Shown in pieces: positions 34,396 to 42,242 of a stretch of 42,242 bases of DNA. The translations under genes and the position numbers were made by a program. The first letter of the stretch is position 1. The number at the start of each line of letters is the position of its first letter. The stretch is from Octopus bimaculoides (lineage: Eukaryota), in the NCBI RefSeq assembly GCF_001194135.2, contig NC_068981.1, positions 185,660,676 through 185,702,917 of the forward strand, written 5' to 3'. The notes beneath the pieces are model-generated. The model was given only the letters and a program-made list of their open reading frames with translations. It ran no database searches and was not told the origin of the DNA.

Positions 34396-37221
34396 ACCGG
34401 AATGCTACGGTCACGTTCTATTGCGTCAGCAGTGCTTCTTACATTATTGTTTCGATATAAACTATATCCAGCACTGACGCAGAGGTACTGACTTATAAAA
34501 AAAAAAACATGTAGTACACTTCATACTATGTTGTGCTTGCATAACGCAGTACTACGTTCCTACAAACATTTAAATGGTAATAAGAAGAAAAAAAGAATGT
34601 TAACATGAAGTTAAGAAAATATCCAAACATCGCAAGAAGTAAAAAAAACCCAGTATTTTAATTTAAGCAAACAATTAAATGGAGATACGTAACGGAGGAG
34701 ATCTGAACTTTAACGACTACAGAGTCTTTATGTCGTCGTCGACGAAGATATCTCTGGGAAAAAAGCACATGCTGAACTATAGAGAATAGGACTCAATGGA
34801 ACTAATATTATTGTTTCCCGAATCCGGTTTCGCTCCCCCCGCCTACGATCTTCTCGCTTGAGGATCGTGGTGACGTGAAACGTGAGTGGCAAGATAAACC
34901 ATTTTCAATAAAGTAAATATATCTACACGTTTATATATGNNNNNNNNNNNNNNNNNNNNNNNNNNNNNNNNNNNNNNNNNNNNNNNNNNNNNNNNNNNNN
35001 NNNNNNNNNNNNNNNNNNNNNNNNNNNNNNNNNNNNNNNNNNNNNNNNNNNNNNNNNNNNNNNNNNNNNNNNNNNNNNNNNNNNNNNNNNNNNNNNNNNN
35101 NNNNNNNNNNNNNNNNNNNNNNNNNNNNNNNNNNNNNNNNNNNNNNNNNNNNNNNNNNNNNNNNNNNNNNNNNNNNNNNNNNNNNNNNNNNNNNNNNNNN
35201 NNNNNNNNNNNNNNNNNNNNNNNNNNNNNNNNNNNNNNNNNNNNNNNNNNNNNNNNNNNNNNNNNNNNNNNNNNNNNNNNNNNNNNNNNNNNNNNNNNNN
35301 NNNNNNNNNNNNNNNNNNNNNNNNNNNNNNNNNNNNNNNNNNNNNNNNNNNNNNNNNNNNNNNNNNNNNNNNNNNNNNNNNNNNNNNNNNNNNNNNNNNN
35401 NNNNNNNNNNNNNNNNNNNNNNNNNNNNNNNNNNNNNNNNNNNNNNNNNNNNNNNNNNNNNNNNNNNNNNNNNNNNNNNNNNNNNNNNNNNNNNNNNNNN
35501 NNNNNNNNNNNNNNNNNNNNNNNNNNNNNNNNNNNNNNNNNNNNNNNNNNNNNNNNNNNNNNNNNNNNNNNNNNNNNNNNNNNNNNNTATATATATATAT
35601 ATATATACGTGTGTGTGTGTGTGTGTGTGTGTGAATGTATGTATGTATGTTTGTATGTATGTACATACACACGTCGCCAATTATATTCCTATATTATTAT
35701 CACAAAGGACCATTGGAACTTTCTGAATTGGTAATCCATACGTTCCTAAAACATGATCTTGACGCATAATTTTTAATGTATTAGCTTTTTAATTAAAAGT
35801 AATCGAATATGGAAGGGTTAAACATTGAGATTTATACTGAGTTTCAAATCTTTGTTGCTGTGCTTTCGTTCGATACTTAAAAAAAGCAACATCGTTATAA
35901 ATTTCTGTATTTTAATAGGATGTATATGATAAACGTTTTTTGAATATTTTGAAATGTTTTACAAACAGATATGCTGACGACCCTATAGGATGACTTACAT
36001 GTTGAGACACTGATCAATAGATTCCATACAAGTCTAGTATTGCTTCTTTCAATATCTTCTACATTTTGCTTAAAATATTGAATATGAATAAATATGCTGC
36101 GTTTATATCTTGGAGGACCGCAGTTTTATTGCATCTTAGAAAATGTTATCCAAAAACCGAAAACAAAATTGTATAGAAAAGATACATAAAATACTTTATC
36201 TTTGTCTCGTTTTTGATAAAAATCTATATAATCTGTAACCACATTTTTAATAATCAGAAGATTCCAGGAATGTTTATGGCATTATTTCTAACCTGAATGT
36301 TACATCCTGCTGCTTTAGTATTTCTTTGTTTGCATCTTCTGCTACTTTGTGTAAATGCAGATTTTTACCTCTTTAAATATACTTTAATAGCTATAGCGTT
36401 TATTCCCTGGTTTTCGGTATCAAAGTTTTCCTCTCGGGTTTTATTGGAGAAACTGTAGTTATTACAGTAGGCTGTGAGCCTAACATAATTTATCTTCTGC
36501 CACTTCAATGCTGAAAAAAAAAATCAACAAAAAAAAAAAGCACAAAAAAGTGACCTATTTATGCAAATAACAACTCTTTAAGCACTATATTAAAATACGG
36601 ATTTTTCTCGAGTCTCGAAAAGCCGTTTTTGTAATCAATTTTTCTTTTTTTTTTCCACTTTACGAAATACTTTTTTTTTTGCATTTTATTACTGAAATAT
36701 TTTAACACTTGAAACATAAATTGTTCGTAAACGAAAATGGTTCTCAACAACAATCGCATTCACATTTAGAAAACCCATACATAGTGACATTCCTGCACGT
36801 CTAAATCTTCAATAAGACAGTAAAAATTTTCAGGAATTCGTAAACATTCAATTAAACCCCGATACAGACATCAGCTTGTTTATTTACGTGTACAGATGGA
36901 CATATATAATAAACAAATACGGTACATTAAAAAGTAGAATCTGCAGGAAATGGAGAAGTAAAATCTCCCGTGTTAGATGTGTTTTATATTGATGCTTAAA
37001 CATAATGATGATGTTTGAAACGTAGGAATGGTGTGATTGTGTTTGAACGCCTTCGTGTTCAATAAAAACCCGTAAACGCACAACCGTATTGGTATGTGCA
37101 CACACGCACACGATTACATGGACACATTTGCGTATACAGAGACATCTATCTATCTGTCTGTATGTTTGTCGTTCTATGTCTTTCTGTCTGTCTATACATC
37201 GATCTACCTATTTATGTACAC

Positions 37222-37254
<33 letters not shown>

Positions 37255-37430
37255 AGTGTCTGTCTGTCTGTATATGAATGAATGTGCATATATATCTGTG
37301 ATCATGTGTGAGCATGTGTCTGGGTGCGTGTGCATCAGTTTCCAAGTATACAGGTGCGCACATGTGGCTGCATGTGCATTTACAAATCAATATATACATA
37401 TATACATAAATATATATATATATATATGTA

Positions 37431-37480
<50 letters not shown>

Positions 37481-38833
37481 TATATGTATATTCATACATA
37501 CATATATGCATATATATCTGTGTGTGTATGTATATATNNNNNNNNNNNNNNNNNNNNNNNNNNNNNNNNNNNNNNNNNNNNNNNNNNNNNNNNNNNNNNN
37601 NNNNNNNNNNNNNNNNNNNNNNNNNNNNNNNNNNNNNNNNNNNNNNNNNNNNNNNNNNNNNNNNNNNNNNNNNNNNNNNNNNNNNNNNNNNNNNNNTATA
37701 TATATATATAGGAGAATTGTTGCGTGGGAAAGCACGTCTTCTTTCCATATATATATATTGACTTTTTTTTATTACACATGCGCCTAATATATATACGTAT
37801 ATATATATATGTGTATTTACATAAGCACACCTTATACCTGTATTTACCTATAATGTATGTTTGTGAGTGTTTGTGTATGTTTCTGTGTATGTGTTTAAAA
37901 GTATTTATTTCACACTAAAAGGGAAAGTATTATACCTTTGAAGTAACTCTTCACTTTTATATATATTTTAATTTCCTGCATTCTGGTAACACCTTTGCTT
38001 CCAGAAGATGGATCTTCTGGTTTTCTTTATTTTTTTTTTCCAGAAAAAAAAAATATAGAAAACTCATAACAAAATAATTCAAGAATCTTTGGAATGGTTT
38101 ACCTGTGTTTAAGGGGAGACGAACGAATTAATGGATACCTGAAATCATGCTCCTGCCTTCGCAAACTTTGATTATAAATGTATAAAATAGCCTAGTCCCT
38201 CTGTTTAGTATCTCAGTGTCCTACAGTAAAATCCCTCTTATGTAGGTAATGCTTTAATCCAGCATAGTCGTAATTACATAACAATAAGAATCAGCGTTGT
38301 ACATTTGGTTTGCTAAAGTTTTTTATACAATACCATAGCTTCCGTTTGTAATACTAATGTGAACTTCATAATTTTTTATGGAAGACAACAAGCATGTGCA
38401 GTACACGTTTTAGAAATTACGGTGAATGGAATTTGTTATCAGTGATCCTTAGTACTAAGATAATAGTTTATATAAAGTTCAAAGCATAACGTTCAAATGA
38501 TTTTCATCGTTAGGTCGTATATTTTATCTTATAAACTGATTGAGCCGATTGGGTGCAAATGTTTGGATGTTGATGTTTTAGAACGGCTAACTGGACATTT
38601 CATTTTTGGTGATTGAGGTAAACACACAGACACACTTGCCTGCGCGGGCGAGAAGAGGTGTACGCATACAGATAGACTGAGACAGTGAGAGTGAGAAAGA
38701 GAAAGAGATAGAAATGGAAGGAGAGGGAAGGTGAAGGAAACAGAGAGACGTTACAATTTATTAGTTGAACTCGAGTGATGTAATCACTTTTAATCTCTTC
38801 ATATACTTAAGATGAAATATGGTCACACACATA

Positions 38834-38862
38834 GATGAGGAGAGAGAGATGGAGAGAGAGAA

Positions 38863-38893
<31 letters not shown>

Positions 38894-38937
38894 TGGAGAG
38901 AGAGAAAGAGAGAGAGAGAGAAAGAGAGAGAGAGATG

Positions 38938-38971
<34 letters not shown>

Positions 38972-38976
38972 AAGAG
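38834..38976. repeat. (GA)n microsatellite with GAAA and GATG interruptions
   Basis: Directly visible. Confidence 0.95.
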
Positions 38977-40206
38977 TGGGAGATATTACAATTTATGAGC
39001 TGAACACGATTGAGAAACACACACATTAAGGGATATGCTCATACATATTAAGAGAAGAATACNNNNNNNNNNNNNNNNNNNNNNNNNNNNNNNNNNNNNN
39101 NNNNNNNNNNNNNNNNNNNNNNNNNNNNNNNNNNNNNNNNNNNNNNNNNNNNNNNNNNNNNNNNNNNNNNNNNNNNNNNNNNNNNNNNNNNNNNNNNNNN
39201 NNNNNNNNNNNNNNNNNNNNNNNNNNNNNNNNNNNNNNNNNNNNNNNNNNNNNNNNNNNNNNNNNNNNNNNNNNNNNNNNNNNNNNNNNNNNNNNNNNNN
39301 NNNNNNNNNNNNNNNNNNNNNNNNNNNNNNNNNNNNNNNNNNNNNNNNNNNNNNNNNNNNNNNNNNNNNNNNNNNNNNNNNNNNNNNNNNNNNNNNNNNN
39401 NNNNNNNNNNNNNNNNNNNNNNNAGGGGGTGAGGGAGTGACGGAGGGGGATGAAGGGGAAGAATGATGGGATTGTTTGTTAGAGGGTCGGGTGCAATACT
39501 TTACGTTATTTTGTTTAGGCTCAAAAAGTTCTGACCGCAACACCTCCGACCATACCTTTTCCAAGATGTAACCGCCTACTTATGCGGTTTTTCCTTTGGA
39601 TAAACGTGGACAGCATGAAGTGCGAATAATTACATTCATGGACAAGCACCATCTTTCATTCTTTCTTGAAATGTCTTTCCCATGACTGCACACGTACGTG
39701 CAGATGCCCGGTCAACATTGACTAACAGAGCCCTAGTGTCATTCACTTTGTTTATTCAGCTTTGCAATTCGGTTGCAGATAAGAAAAATCGTAGAATTTA
39801 TTGGTAAATCCAGTCCAGATAATCTTATCCGATTATCTCACCCTTGTGGATAATGTAGTTACAAATAATCTTACTTAGCTAAGATTTGGTGTGGTCTCCA
39901 TCTATATCAATTAGTTGGTATTAGTAGCACAGTAGGTCTCGGATTTTCTGGAATTTACGTAGTTAGTTTACCTTAGAGTTTATACAAACGCGTAATGTAA
40001 CTTTTGTCACTGGAATTAATTTGATATTCAGCAATGATAGTTTTATAGCTGAACTAACAATATTTGTTGGACGGCTTTAGCCGATATTTTTGGTGCAACT
40101 AACATAAATAAAGGCTTTATGGTTTTAGCTTCGTAGCAAGATCAATTTTCAATCTCACCAGGCAAGAATTTGCAGATTCTCTTACATAGTAGTATTAAGT
40201 CAACGA

Positions 40207-40568
40207 GGAGGCGCGATGGCCCAGTGGTTAAGGCAGCGGACTCACGGTCTTAGGATCACGATTTCGATTCCCAGACCGAGAGTTGTGAGTATTTATAGTG
40301 CGAAAATACTGAAATCTTCACGAGGTTCCGGCAGGGGGTTCTGGCGAACTCTGTTGTACTCTTTCACCACAAATTTCTATCAATCTTTCTTCCTGTTTCT
40401 GTTGTACCAATCTTGTTACACTGTATGTCACGCTGAATATCCTCGAGGACTACGTTAAGGGTACACGTATCTGCGGAGTGCTCAGCCCTCTGCACGTTAA
40501 TTTCACGAGCAGGCTGTTCCGTTTATTGGAGCAACTGGAACCCTCATCGTTGTAACCGATGGAGTGCC
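40207..40568 (+). mobile_element. SINE family E, full length, tRNA-derived head
   Basis: A-box TGGCCCAGTGG, B-box-like GATTTCGATTCC, body homologous to 26087-26411. Confidence 0.85.
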
Positions 40569-40955
40569 GTAATAATATTAATTCAATAAATCTAGTACTT
40601 CACTGTTATAAAATGAGATTTACATTTATTAATCCAAAGTGTCAAACGTCATCTAGCTTCACTAATCTATCTTCTGAGTTACAGTTCCAATTACATAGCA
40701 AAAATGTTCGCTCGTCAATCACATGACTCGGGGTTCGGTTTAATGTTTGGCATCTTTATTAAGTATCTTATATTATGGACTCAGATAGACTCATACATAA
40801 AGAGTGGTGAGCCAGTGTATAGAAGACAGCGAAATTCATTTTGCCGGTGATTCAAAGGAATCACCTGAAGAGAACACGGAGTGTGTGTTTGTGTGCATTT
40901 CTTTTATTATTTTATTATTTTATTTGTTTATTTGTTCCAACCTCCCCCCCCCCAC

Positions 40956-41008
40956 ACCGCGATAGGTGAACCGAGATAGGGGAACCGTGATATGGGAACG
41001 TATTACTG
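40956..41008. mobile_element. Right end of the same Tigger/pogo-like MITE as 147-382
   Basis: ACCGCGATAGGTGAACCG..GATATGG..GTATTACTG matches 333-382. Confidence 0.75.
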
Positions 41009-41445
41009 CATACATGATCATAGCGGTATGTATTGTCAATTGAATATCTGTGATGGGAAATTATGTAGGTAGTATCAAAACAAGTATAAAGTTCTATATA
41101 TTTGACTTAACTTTCCAACGACAAATATATTGCTTATAGGTGCATTTAGACATCCATAGTTATCCATAAGAATTATATCCAATAAAACATGGTGTTTTAT
41201 ACATTGCTTCTTTGACATTTTTAAATAATTTCTTTTTTTGTTTCTTTTGCCAAGCAAAATACGTGCAGGCAAATTTTTTAAACAATGTCTGGAAAATAAA
41301 TATAACAATGAATTTTTTCGTTGCCTTTTAAGAAATAGTTAATCTTGAAACACGTACAACGTCCTCTGAGATAATTAAAACGTCATTCATATGATTCATT
41401 AAGATGCAAATACCATTAAACATGGAACTTTTGAGAAAAAGATGC

Positions 41446-41461
41446 TAATAATAATAATAAC

Positions 41462-41536
<75 letters not shown>

Positions 41537-41540
41537 AAGA
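41446..41540. repeat. (AAT)n-(AAG)n compound microsatellite
   Basis: Directly visible. Confidence 0.95.
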
Positions 41541-41974
41541 AGAAGAAGAAGAAGAAGAAGAAGAAGAAGAAGAAGAAGGAATAAGATTCTTTGCTACTGT
41601 CAGTAGATATTTTCTGATCATAATTTCATTAAAAGAAAACGAACTAAATAAATATAAAACACATAAATACAAATCAGAATCTGTCAGACAAAATAAAATA
41701 TAACTGTCTTAGACAACCAATTTAATGGAAAACTATATTAAAGAAATTATGTAAAGAAAAAGCAAGATAAAAATAACATAAAACCAAACAAAATACAAAA
41801 TAGTGTCAGGACAGAAAATAAATAAATAAACCAGGATACGAATCTGTCTTTTAGAGTGTTGAAATAAACCAATACTTTTACAAGAATTGCGTGAGCGTAT
41901 TGATCAACATCCAGACAGTTACACTGCCTGACATAATGAGAATGTTTCAAAACTTCATCTATTTTTCCTTTTAA

Positions 41975-42031
41975 TTATGTATGTATGTATGTATGTATGT
42001 ATTTATGTATGTATGTATCTATCTATCTATC

Positions 42032-42062
<31 letters not shown>

Positions 42063-42209
42063 TTATCTATCTATCTATATATATATATATACACACGCTC
42101 ACATTCATGCACACATATACGCATATGTGCGTATAAACATACATACTTACATACATACATACATACATACGCACACATACACATATATACATACATGCTT
42201 ATATATATA

Positions 42210-42242
<33 letters not shown>
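41975..42242. repeat. Compound (TATG)n-(TCTA)n-(TA)n-(CATA)n microsatellite
   Basis: Directly visible. Confidence 0.9.

Noticed and set aside
1566-39564. Long ORFs in the track (YI, HT, CV repeats and X runs)
   Set aside because: They are translations of microsatellites and N gaps, not genes.
40846-40890. 8-bp hairpin followed by CTGAAGA, resembling a type III hammerhead
   Set aside because: No NUH before stem I and no GAAA after stem II.

Overview
AT-rich, microsatellite-saturated metazoan DNA with about 6 kb of N gaps. The SINE families and repeat landscape look like a coleoid cephalopod, probably Octopus (inference). No intact protein-coding gene is supported: the ORF track is almost entirely microsatellite or gap artefact, plus decayed transposon fragments. 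These include an L1/Tx1-like LINE, an R4/Dong-like LINE, an RTE LINE, Tc1 and mariner transposases, MITEs, and at least four tRNA-derived SINE families (my labels A, B, D, E). The most striking signal is a set of hammerhead-ribozyme (HHR) motifs in at least three unrelated repeat families. (1) At 14749-15243, a ~500-bp foldback whose loop is a tRNA-like Pol III head and whose two arms each carry a minimal type I HHR, suggesting a Penelope-mobilised tRNA/ribozyme SINE. (2) At 1808-1842 and 16769-16805, HHR repeats that end at microsatellites. (3) At 80-930, a decayed ~300-bp tandem dimer with type I HHR remnants that resembles a non-LTR retrozyme. The window also holds two locally templated insertions, recurrent SINE dimers, an inverted LINE junction and an unexplained 250-bp foldback. 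All family assignments come from motif recognition by eye; no database search was run.
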